Shown here: positions 7,560 to 15,442 of the stretch, in pieces | How the letters are laid out: each line of letters starts with the position of its first letter | Position numbering within the stretch: position 1 is the first letter of the stretch | Source of the DNA: Planctomycetia bacterium | GTDB taxonomy: Bacteria; Planctomycetota; Phycisphaerae; FEN-1346 | Direction of reading: 5' to 3' | DNA: 60,325 nt | Assembly: GCA_003170085.1 (NCBI GenBank) | Contig: PMZT01000246.1 | Span: forward strand, 1-60,325 | The notes under the pieces: model-generated | The model's database searches: none | Seen by the model: the letters and a program-made list of their open reading frames with translations, nothing else | What the model was told of the DNA's origin: nothing | Made by a program: the position numbers and the translations under genes

Positions 7560-9139
7560 TGCACACCACGACGGTATTCTGGATTGCCGCCATCCTGTAT
7601 TCCGGGGTCTGCATCGCCCTGGGCGTCGTCAGTTGGGGAGTGAAGCGTCACAGCACCGCCGGCCGCCGGATTGCCGACTACTGGATCGGTAGTCGGGAGC
7701 TGCCAGGCTGGATGCTGGGCGTGTCGCTCAGCGCCGGCTGGTTGATGCTGGGCTGGATAGGGTATGGAATTTCCATGGTCTACCAGATGGGCCTGTCCGG
7801 TGTGTGGATGCTGTTTCTGCCCTGGTTCATCCTGATGCCAATTATCATCTGGATGGTGCCGTATGTCCGGCGTCTGCCCAACATCTCGCTGCCCGAGGCG
7901 CTGGAGAAGCGATTCGGACCCTCGTCTCGAACGCTGGTCGCGTTCTGCTCGATATTCGTGTTCGTTTCCTGGACCGGGGCCGAGACCTACATGCTCGGCC
8001 AGCTCGCCGCGCCGTTTCTGAAGATATCGCCGGTAATGGCGATGGTCGTCTTCATGTTTCCCGTGCTGGTGTACATCGGCCTCGGGGGCTTCCGTGCGGA
8101 CGTGACGACCGACGTGCTGCAGTTCTCGATGATGGCGCTGTTTGTCGCCATCCTGGCCGTCGTCGGTTACGCCGCCGCCCATGCCCTGACCGGCGGGCAC
8201 GTCCTGAGCACGTTGGCGCACACGGCAACGCCCAACTACGGTGCTGGCTCGATATTCCGCCTGTTTGCCTGCGGCATCTCCCTGCCTATCATCCTGCTGT
8301 TTGCGTTCATGCCCGGCTGGATGATTGAGCAGGACCTGCTGCTGCGAATCCAGGGAGCCAAGACTCTGAAAGAAGCCCACCGGATGGCCTGGACGGCGCT
8401 CGTGCTGGTCTGGGTCTTCGTCCTCGCGTTTCCCCTGTGGACTGCCTTCAATGCGCTGGTGTTGTTTCCGCCCGGAGTCGCGTCGAGCGCAGCGGCCATC
8501 GGCAAGGACGCAACCGGCATCATCTCGGCGATAATCCTCAAGTACTTCCCCGTCTGGGCGCAGGTCCTGATGCTTGTCGGCATCCTGGCCACGCAGATGT
8601 CCACGCTTGCCAACTTTGCCAACGTCACGGCCCTGCCCCTGATGTACGACTTCATCCAGCCGCGCCTGATGAAGAAAGCGAGCAAAGAATCGGCGCTGCG
8701 GTGGTCGCGGCCTATCCAGGTTCTTGCCTGCCTGCTGGCCCTGGTCTACGCGATAAACTCCACTTCCCTAATGGACGTCTATGTGTTGTCATCAGGAGTG
8801 CTGACGGCCTCGATTGCCATCCCGGCGTTCGCCGTGTACTGGAAGAAAGCCAATCGGCTGGGCGTGCTCCTCGCCGTGATTCTCGGTTTCGTGGGGAACG
8901 TCGGGTTCTACGTCCTCGAATACCACGTCTGGAACCACGTGTACAAACCGACCTGGATGGCGAGCACCTACCTCGGCTACATCATCGTCGGCATGGTCGG
9001 TTCGCTCCTCGGGCTCGTGCTGGGCTCGCTACTCGGCAAACGCTCGTCCGCCGCCGAACTCGGCGTGATAGCGCCGAAACCGCTCGAAGGCGTCGAGGTC
9101 TTCGACATCGTGCACGATTCGCCGGGCACGACCGTATGA
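7556..9139 (+). CDS. sodium:solute symporter (SSS) family transporter
   Basis: 527 aa with about 13 TM segments. DYWIGSRELPGWMLGVSLSAGWL is typical of PutP/PanF-type SSS. The start GTG 7556 / ATG 7559 overlaps the porin stop. Confidence 0.85.
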   Translation: MMHTTTVFWIAAILYSGVCIALGVVSWGVKRHSTAGRRIADYWIGSRELPGWMLGVSLSAGWLMLGWIGYGISMVYQMGLSGVWMLFLPWFILMPIIIWMVPYVRRLPNISLPEALEKRFGPSSRTLVAFCSIFVFVSWTGAETYMLGQLAAPFLKISPVMAMVVFMFPVLVYIGLGGFRADVTTDVLQFSMMALFVAILAVVGYAAAHALTGGHVLSTLAHTATPNYGAGSIFRLFACGISLPIILLFAFMPGWMIEQDLLLRIQGAKTLKEAHRMAWTALVLVWVFVLAFPLWTAFNALVLFPPGVASSAAAIGKDATGIISAIILKYFPVWAQVLMLVGILATQMSTLANFANVTALPLMYDFIQPRLMKKASKESALRWSRPIQVLACLLALVYAINSTSLMDVYVLSSGVLTASIAIPAFAVYWKKANRLGVLLAVILGFVGNVGFYVLEYHVWNHVYKPTWMASTYLGYIIVGMVGSLLGLVLGSLLGKRSSAAELGVIAPKPLEGVEVFDIVHDSPGTTV

Positions 9140-9151
9140 CCCTGTAGATAG

Positions 9152-9922
9152 ATGACGCGCACTGCCGGCATCGACATCGGTTCGCGCACGACCAAGGTGG
9201 CCGTGCTCGAAGACGGCCGTCTGGTCCATTCCCGCGTCGTTGACACCGGCACCGACCCGCTCGGCCGGGCCCGCGAACTCCTATCCTCCCTGGCCGCTGA
9301 CCCCCAATCCCAAGTCCCCGTTACCGCCACCGGCTACGGTCGGCACCTGGCACGCGAGCGGCTTGGGTTTCCCGTCATCACCGAGATCAAAGCGCACGCG
9401 CTGGGCGCGGACCGGCTCTTTCCGGAGTGTCGAACCGTCATCGATATCGGCGGCCAGGACTCCAAAGTCATCCGGGTCGAATCGGGTCGGCAGGTTAACT
9501 TCGAGATGAATGACCGGTGCGCGGCCGGCACCGGTCGTTTTCTCGAGGTGATGGCGGCTACGCTCGGCTACACGGTCGGGGAGTTCGGTTTGGAGGCGCT
9601 TGTGGCCCCGGAATCCGTGGCCATCAACTCGATGTGCACGGTCTTCTCCGAATCCGAAGTCATCTCTCTCATCGCTGGCGGAGAGAGTAAGCAGAGCATC
9701 GCGCTGGGCCTGCACGAGTCAATCATCAGTCGGCTCCTGGCGCTGGTCGGTCGGGTCGGGGTCGAATCGCCGGTGGTCCTGACCGGCGGCGTCGCGCGCA
9801 ATCCCTGCATCCGGGCGTTGCTGGAGCGGCGGCTGGGCGTGCCACTGCTGGTGCCGGATGAGCCGCAGATTGTCGGCGCCCTCGGCGCGGCCCTGAGCGC
9901 CGGAAACGGAGCGCGGCCATGA
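9152..9922 (+). CDS. BcrAD/BadFG-family ATPase, HgdC-type activator of 2-hydroxyacyl-CoA dehydratase-like enzymes
   Basis: GIDIGSRTTKVAV, VIDIGGQDSKVI, the cluster ligand motifs NDRCAAGTGRFLE and NSMCTVFSESEVISL, and VLTGGVARN. Confidence 0.85.
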   Translation: MTRTAGIDIGSRTTKVAVLEDGRLVHSRVVDTGTDPLGRARELLSSLAADPQSQVPVTATGYGRHLARERLGFPVITEIKAHALGADRLFPECRTVIDIGGQDSKVIRVESGRQVNFEMNDRCAAGTGRFLEVMAATLGYTVGEFGLEALVAPESVAINSMCTVFSESEVISLIAGGESKQSIALGLHESIISRLLALVGRVGVESPVVLTGGVARNPCIRALLERRLGVPLLVPDEPQIVGALGAALSAGNGARP

Positions 9923-10297
9923 ACGGAGTGACGTGTCTGCTGCTGCTGGGTCGGAGGTGGAACTCGTGACTTACGAAGCAACGGGAGACAGGATGTCTCC
10001 AGACCTGGACCACATCTTCGTCTCCTCACGCGGTCACTCCCACACAAGCAAGTCGGTCGAAAGGAGGTCGCACGAAACGACCTTTGGCTTTCTGGGTCCT
10101 GCTGGCCGCCGGTGTCTTCGCGCTGTTGGTCGGCGTCGCCCACGAAGACTGGGCACGGATCCATCATTTCAGTTCACAGATATGACTGTCTTGCATGGGC
10201 CTGGTCTAGGCCCGTTTGTTCGTGTAGCGGGACGCCGGTGCCCGTCACCGAGGCCGCCCGCGATGTCCGCCAAACGTTAGAGAAACAGGAGGTCTGA

Positions 10298-12091
10298 ATG
10301 AAGAGTCTGTCAATACTTGTACTGGTCCTGCTCGTCCCGTTGACGCTCTCGGCCAGCCAGCGGGTGATGGTGATTGAGGACGTTACCGCGACCTGGTGCC
10401 AATACTGCCCGGGTGCGGCGCGCGGAATCGAGGAACTCGACTTCCGTTCGTATGACTCAGTAGTCCCGATTGCCTACCACGCGTCGAACAGCGGCGACCC
10501 CTACTATTCGGCCGACGCGGCGGCCCGATTGAGCTACTACTCGATAGGCGGCTACCCGACCGTGGTTCTGGACGGCATCAACAAGATTGTCGGCGGCGAG
10601 CATACGGGCACCATGTACCCGACCTACCTCGCCTACTACAATACCCGCATCGCTGTGGCCAGCCCGTTCACCATCGCGCTTTCCATAACCTATGACACGA
10701 CCGCCCGCACCGGCACCCTGACCATCAAGGTGAAGAATACCAGTTCCGGCTCAGTGACGGCCCAGCTCCAGACCGTGCTGACCGAGAGCCACATCCACTA
10801 CTCGTGGCAGGGAATGGACAGCCTGCAATACGTGGAGCGCAACATGCTGCCCAGTGCCTCGGGCGAGGCGATAACGGTAGCGGCCGGCGACTCGGTGACC
10901 AAGACCCGCGACTTCACGGTTGCCTCCGGCTGGGTGGCAAGCCACTGCGATTTCGTCGTGTTCGCCCAGAACAACTCCACCAAAGAGATAAACCAGGGCG
11001 CGCGCATCGCCATCGTCAACGTCCCGGACTTGCAGTACTACGGCTACCAGCCGGCTGACCCCGTGCCGAACAGCGACGTCGACCTGACCGTGGGGCTGCG
11101 CAACATGGGCACCGGCGAAGGTCAGGACATCGCCGGGACACTCTCGACCACCGACCCGTATGTCACGGTAACGACGCCCAACGCCGGTTTCCCGAACATA
11201 CCGACCGCAGCCAGCGCCTACTCGACCACTCCGTTCGAGATTCACGTGGCGGATAGCTGCCCGAACCCGCACCATGCGACGATGAACTTGCAGGTTACCG
11301 CGACCGGTGCGCCGACCGCCGTCTTGAGCTTCCCGCTGAACGTGACCACGACCTACGGATTCGCGGATAACATGGAACACGGTATCGGTCAGTGGACGCA
11401 CTCAGGAATCAGAGACAACTGGCACCAGTCACACTATTCGTTTCAGTCGGACAGCACAAGCTGGTACTGCGGCGTGGAAGGCAGCCACCAGTATACGAAT
11501 GAGAACGATTCCCGTCTCATGACGCCGCTATTCACTGTGGGCAGCGACACGACGCTGAAGTTCTACGTATACTACGAGATGGGGAACGATATAGGGTATC
11601 TTGAGATAGGTAACGGCTCGGGGTTCTGGTGGCCGCTGATGAGCTACTTCGGATCGAGCTCAGGCTGGTATCAGGAGAATATAGGCCTGGGTGCGTACCG
11701 TGGCCAGACCGTGCAACTCCGCTACCGCTTCATTAGCGACTATAGCGGTACCGCCGAGGGCTGGTACGTTGACGACGTTGAGGCCGGTGCCATCCTCGGG
11801 GTGAGTGAAGATCGGACGCTCGCCGGCTGGCGCGTTGCGCTTTCAGGTAGTCTCGTAAGGACATCGGCCCGCGTGAATTACCAGCTCCCGGTCGGGGTCA
11901 CGGGGAGCCTGTCCGTGTACGACGTGGACGGCCGGCTGGTCCGGCAACTGGGCCGCAACCTCGTCGGTACGGGCCGGATTACCTGGAACCTGACCGACAG
12001 GGCAGGCAACGCGGTCCGGAACGGCACGTACTTCATCCGGCTGGTCTCTGCCTCGGGTGGGGTTACCGGCAAGCTGGTGGTAACCAGATAG
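10298..12091 (+). CDS. secreted thioredoxin-like (single CxxC, Omp28-related-like) protein with a C-terminal T9SS/FlgD-Ig-like sorting domain
   Basis: Signal peptide MKSLSILVLVLLVPLTLSA and CxxC in ATWCQYCPGAARG. The C-terminus LSVYDVDGRLVRQL...GRITWNL...NGTYFIRL...KLVVTR fits the T9SS C-terminal domain pattern. Confidence 0.6.
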   Translation: MKSLSILVLVLLVPLTLSASQRVMVIEDVTATWCQYCPGAARGIEELDFRSYDSVVPIAYHASNSGDPYYSADAAARLSYYSIGGYPTVVLDGINKIVGGEHTGTMYPTYLAYYNTRIAVASPFTIALSITYDTTARTGTLTIKVKNTSSGSVTAQLQTVLTESHIHYSWQGMDSLQYVERNMLPSASGEAITVAAGDSVTKTRDFTVASGWVASHCDFVVFAQNNSTKEINQGARIAIVNVPDLQYYGYQPADPVPNSDVDLTVGLRNMGTGEGQDIAGTLSTTDPYVTVTTPNAGFPNIPTAASAYSTTPFEIHVADSCPNPHHATMNLQVTATGAPTAVLSFPLNVTTTYGFADNMEHGIGQWTHSGIRDNWHQSHYSFQSDSTSWYCGVEGSHQYTNENDSRLMTPLFTVGSDTTLKFYVYYEMGNDIGYLEIGNGSGFWWPLMSYFGSSSGWYQENIGLGAYRGQTVQLRYRFISDYSGTAEGWYVDDVEAGAILGVSEDRTLAGWRVALSGSLVRTSARVNYQLPVGVTGSLSVYDVDGRLVRQLGRNLVGTGRITWNLTDRAGNAVRNGTYFIRLVSASGGVTGKLVVTR

Positions 12092-12102
12092 GCGAGCGGT
12101 CG

Positions 12103-12882
12103 TTGCGCGGCAAGGCACTTTTTCTTGCGAGCCTCGGGGCGCTGGCGGTGTTCGCCGGCTGCTCCGAGGCTCCGGTGTTGGAAATAAAGCCGACCAACCG
12201 GGTCGTGCTGGCCGAGTTCTTCACCTGGATGCGCTGCGGGTACTGCCCGTACGCGGCCCGTGCTCTTGACAGCGTGGCCGCGGACTTCCAGGACAGCTTC
12301 GTGGTGATTGCCTATCACCGGCGCGTGGCCGGTGATACGCTCAGTCCGGAATACGTCGAGAATCGAAAGACGTTCTACTACGCCACCAACGGTGAACCGG
12401 CCACCGTCTTCGACGGCGGGGAGGTGGTCTGGACGCCCGGGCCGGAGTACAACTACTCGACTTTTCACGGCAGGACCGTGGTCGCCCGGAATGTTCCGCC
12501 CGGTGCCCAGTTGTCAATGGCCGCTGCGCTTTCCGACAGCGACGGCACGATTACCGTCTCGGCCACCGGAGTAACTTCGACACCGACCGAAAGCCTGAGG
12601 TTGTTCATCGTGATTGTCGAAGACAGCGTCCACGCGTATCTGCCCGGGGCATACGATTCGATATTCCGGCATGTGATGAGGCAAATGCTGCCGGATGAGA
12701 AAGGGACTCCGGTCAGCCTGGTTGCGGGTGACACGGTCGTCGTGGAGAGACAGTTCCAGCTCAAGCCGTTCTGGAACCGACCCATGCTGGGCGCGGTCAC
12801 CTTCGTTCAGGACATGAGGACGCACGAAATCCTGCAGACCGCCTGTCTCAGCAGAATCGAACCGCAAAGGAGATTCCGATGA
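12103..12882 (+). CDS. lipoprotein, thioredoxin-like CxxC paralogue of the preceding gene
   Basis: TTG start, lipobox LAVFAGC, and CxxC in WMRCGYCPYAARA. The layout parallels the N-terminal half of 10298-12091. Confidence 0.55.
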   Translation: MRGKALFLASLGALAVFAGCSEAPVLEIKPTNRVVLAEFFTWMRCGYCPYAARALDSVAADFQDSFVVIAYHRRVAGDTLSPEYVENRKTFYYATNGEPATVFDGGEVVWTPGPEYNYSTFHGRTVVARNVPPGAQLSMAAALSDSDGTITVSATGVTSTPTESLRLFIVIVEDSVHAYLPGAYDSIFRHVMRQMLPDEKGTPVSLVAGDTVVVERQFQLKPFWNRPMLGAVTFVQDMRTHEILQTACLSRIEPQRRFR

Positions 12883-13625
12883 CCAACAAACCGACCCCCG
12901 GCCGCCTTTGGTTCCTTATGCCCGTTTTGTCCATCTCCCTCCTCCTCCTCGCCGGTCGGGCGCTGGCCGGCTACGGGTTCACCTTCGCGCCGCGCGGGGA
13001 CACGGTCCAGCACGTCGACCCAAGCGGGACTGGCGTATTCCTATTCACCCTCACCAACACAGGCACAGCGAGCGACATCTACCGCTTCGATTGCCGCCTG
13101 CTCGACAGCGTACCAGGATGGGTCGTTGTATACTGCGTTCACGGGCGGTGCGAAGAGCCCGGGGCAACGGCGTACGACACGGTACTGGCCGGGGCCAGCG
13201 ACACCACACCGGACGTCACGGTCTACACCACCACGACCCAGGGCGAAGAGGTCGTATGCCTCCGGGTGCGTTCAATGGGTGACTCGGCGACTGCCGAGTC
13301 CGTCGCAGTCCACACCATCGTCGGTTCCGGCATCGACGAGGACGCACGTCTGGATGCGCCGGAGGCCCGTTTCCGGGTGGCGCCGACGTTGGTGAGTCGG
13401 CAGACCGGAGCATTGGTCGTTTTCTCGACGCGGGAGCAGACTCGCTTCAGGGTGACGCTGTACGACGCAGCCGGGCGGTTGGTCCAGACCATCGCGTGCA
13501 ATGCTGTGTCGGCGGGACGACACCGCATTCGCTGGCAGCCGGAACGCGGCCTGCCCGACGGCGTTTACCTGCTCCACCTGTCGGCGGGAGACGAATCGGC
13601 AGTTACCAAGGTGATTGTCGAATAG
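12879..13625 (+). CDS. secreted hypothetical protein with T9SS-type C-terminal domain
   Basis: ATGA overlap with the upstream gene and AAAGGAG RBS. There is a signal/TM segment, and the C-terminus VTLYDAAGRLVQTI...HRIRWQP...DGVYLLHL...TKVIVE. Confidence 0.55.
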   Translation: MTNKPTPGRLWFLMPVLSISLLLLAGRALAGYGFTFAPRGDTVQHVDPSGTGVFLFTLTNTGTASDIYRFDCRLLDSVPGWVVVYCVHGRCEEPGATAYDTVLAGASDTTPDVTVYTTTTQGEEVVCLRVRSMGDSATAESVAVHTIVGSGIDEDARLDAPEARFRVAPTLVSRQTGALVVFSTREQTRFRVTLYDAAGRLVQTIACNAVSAGRHRIRWQPERGLPDGVYLLHLSAGDESAVTKVIVE

Positions 13626-13708
13626 CCGGCTGAAGGTCAGGATACGACGGTGAGTTGCCCCGACGGCGCCAGGGCTCGGTTTCTGTTGCCCGGGGCCGCT
13701 TACAGAAT

Positions 13709-14425
13709 ATGATGAAAGGAATGTCCAGCAAAGACCCGTTGGCCTCAGCGGCCCCAGTCGGACTGTACGCTCAGCTCGCCGAGGCGGTGACGACGATGAA
13801 GCCGGAGCTCGTAGCCGAACTGGCGCGCAAGGTACTGGAACAGGGCTTGTCGCCCGAGGACGCCATGACGCAGGGTCTTGCCGCCGGCATGCGCCGGATG
13901 GGCGAGAAGTTCACGGCCAAGCAGTGTTTCGTGCCCGAAGTACTCCTCGCTTCCAAGGCGATGTACGCCGGGTTCGACATCCTGAAAGAGCATGTGACCG
14001 GCCCGGGTCGCACGCGGGGCAGGGTCATCTTGGGCGTGGTGCAGGGTGACATCCACGACATCGGCAAGAACATCGTGAAGGTGATGGTACAGGCCGCCGG
14101 ATTCGAGGTGATTGACCTCGGGCGGAACGTGCCGTTGCCGGAGTTCGCGAGGGCGGTCGAGTCGGACTTGTCCGACCGGTCGGATGGGTCAGACCGCAGC
14201 CTGGTGCTGGGCATGTCCTCGCTGATGACCACCACGATGCCGCGGATGGGCAAGGTCATCGATTTGCTGGACAAGGCCGGCTTGCGCAAGCAGGTCAAGG
14301 TGATAGTCGGCGGAGCACCGGTGACCACCGGTTTCGCCCAAGGCATCGGCGCGGACGGGTTCGCACCGGACGCACACTCGGCTGTGCTCGAAATCGAGCG
14401 GCTGGCAGGGCAAGGTAGCAGGTAG
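13709..14425 (+). CDS. methyltransferase cognate corrinoid protein (B12-binding, MtaC/MtbC/MtsB-like)
   Basis: N-terminal helical cap (LVAELARKVLEQGLSPEDAM), the DxHDxG motif in GVVQGDIHDIGKNIV, MSSLMTTTM and VIVGGAP. It carries an odd SDLSDRSDGSDRS insertion. Confidence 0.85.
   Translation: MMKGMSSKDPLASAAPVGLYAQLAEAVTTMKPELVAELARKVLEQGLSPEDAMTQGLAAGMRRMGEKFTAKQCFVPEVLLASKAMYAGFDILKEHVTGPGRTRGRVILGVVQGDIHDIGKNIVKVMVQAAGFEVIDLGRNVPLPEFARAVESDLSDRSDGSDRSLVLGMSSLMTTTMPRMGKVIDLLDKAGLRKQVKVIVGGAPVTTGFAQGIGADGFAPDAHSAVLEIERLAGQGSR
14162..14197. repeat. 9-bp in-frame tandem array (TCGGACTTG TCCGACCGG TCGGATGGG TCAGACCGC) inside the corrinoid-protein CDS
   Basis: Read directly. It encodes (SDx)4 = SDLSDRSDGSDR. 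Confidence 0.8.
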
Positions 14426-14448
14426 GAGTTAGCAGTTAGGAGTGAGTC
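14414..14448. repeat. 7-bp tandem array GGTAGCA GGTAGGA GTTAGCA GTTAGGA GTGAGTC between corrinoid protein and methyltransferase
   Basis: Read directly. It contains TAG/TGA triplets in all three frames, including the corrinoid-protein stop at 14423-14425. Confidence 0.85.
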
Positions 14449-14506
14449 GGACAGGAGCGGGCGGTTTGCTGCGCTGCTGCGCGGCGAGAAGCCGGAACGG
14501 CCGGTC

Positions 14507-15442
14507 GTGTTTCCGATGGTTGTGGCGAATCATGCGGCGCGGCTTGAGGGCTACTCAATCTCAGAGGCCGTGACACAGCCTGACGTGCTGGCGCGGGTGC
14601 TATACTCCGCGTACCGGTTCTATGGCTACGACCTCGTCATGGTTTTCTCGGACACAATGGTCGAAGCCGAGGCCATGGGCGCGCAGGTGCTGATTCCCGA
14701 AGACGACGACCCGTTTCTTCTCGAACCGCCGCGCGTTTCCAAGCTTGAGCCGGCCAATCCTGAGACCGACGGCAGGATGCCGGTCATTCTCGCTGCGACG
14801 CGCCGGCTCAAGGCTCTCCTTGAAGACGAAGTGCCGATTCTGACTTCGCTGAAGGGACCGTTTTCACTGGCTTCCTTCCTGCGCGGGATGGACGGCTTCC
14901 TTGAAGACCTGCTCAGCGACCCGCGCCGGGCAAGGGAGTTCCTGCGGCTCGCGACCGAGAACCAGGTTGTCTATGCCGAGGCAATCGTCAAGGCCGGCGG
15001 GATTCCCTTCATCGGCGACCCGGTTGCGTCCGGCAGCCTGATAAGCCCGGAGATGTTCCGCGAGTTCGCATTGCCTTATCTGGCACAACTGGTTCGTTCG
15101 GTTCACCAGCGGGGCGTGAAGGCCGGACTGCACATCTGCGGTGAGTCGAAGAGCATCCTCAGGGACATGGTTGCCACCGAGGCTGATTTCCTCAGCATTG
15201 ACGTGATGGACCTGGGCGTGGCACGTTGTGAGGTCGGCGACAATCCGGTCTTGATGGGCAATGTCTCAACCGGGTTGCTGCTTGAAGGTAAGCCGGACCA
15301 GGTAGCGGCGGCAGCCACGGAGTGTCTTGCGCGCGGCGGGCCGAGGCTTGTACTCTCTTCAAGCTGTGACGTGCCAGCCGGCGCGCCGAAAGAGAACGTG
15401 AAGGCCCTGGTCGAGGCGGGCAGGAAGTGGGAGGCAGCCTGA
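14507..15442 (+). CDS. URO-D-fold MtaA/MtbA/MtsA-like methylcobamide methyltransferase (Zn type)
   Basis: Zn motif H-x-C in GLHICGES plus SSSCDVPAGAP, and IGDPVASGSLISPEMF. 14507 (GTG) is the first canonical start. Homology to the MtaA N-terminus (RFAALLRGEKPERPVV, compare RLLAALKGEPVDKVPV) extends upstream to about 14460 in the same frame. Confidence 0.8.
   Translation: MFPMVVANHAARLEGYSISEAVTQPDVLARVLYSAYRFYGYDLVMVFSDTMVEAEAMGAQVLIPEDDDPFLLEPPRVSKLEPANPETDGRMPVILAATRRLKALLEDEVPILTSLKGPFSLASFLRGMDGFLEDLLSDPRRAREFLRLATENQVVYAEAIVKAGGIPFIGDPVASGSLISPEMFREFALPYLAQLVRSVHQRGVKAGLHICGESKSILRDMVATEADFLSIDVMDLGVARCEVGDNPVLMGNVSTGLLLEGKPDQVAAAATECLARGGPRLVLSSSCDVPAGAPKENVKALVEAGRKWEAA

Noticed and set aside
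13626-13708. Cobalamin riboswitch upstream of the corrinoid protein (and upstream of nikR/cbiM, 23697-24276)
   Set aside because: I could not find a B12-box-like GCCACTG core or the expected paired elements by eye. A covariance-model scan would be needed.
14423-14425. In-frame TAG as a pyrrolysine codon (tempting because of the methyltransferase context)
   Set aside because: TAG is the ordinary stop of many confident genes here (for example those ending at 2610, 4213, 6742, 12091, 13625, 27711, 50353, 57695). The codon lies in an inter-domain linker, not a catalytic site. No pyl genes are visible in the window. It is kept only as read-through, fusion or error in the findings.
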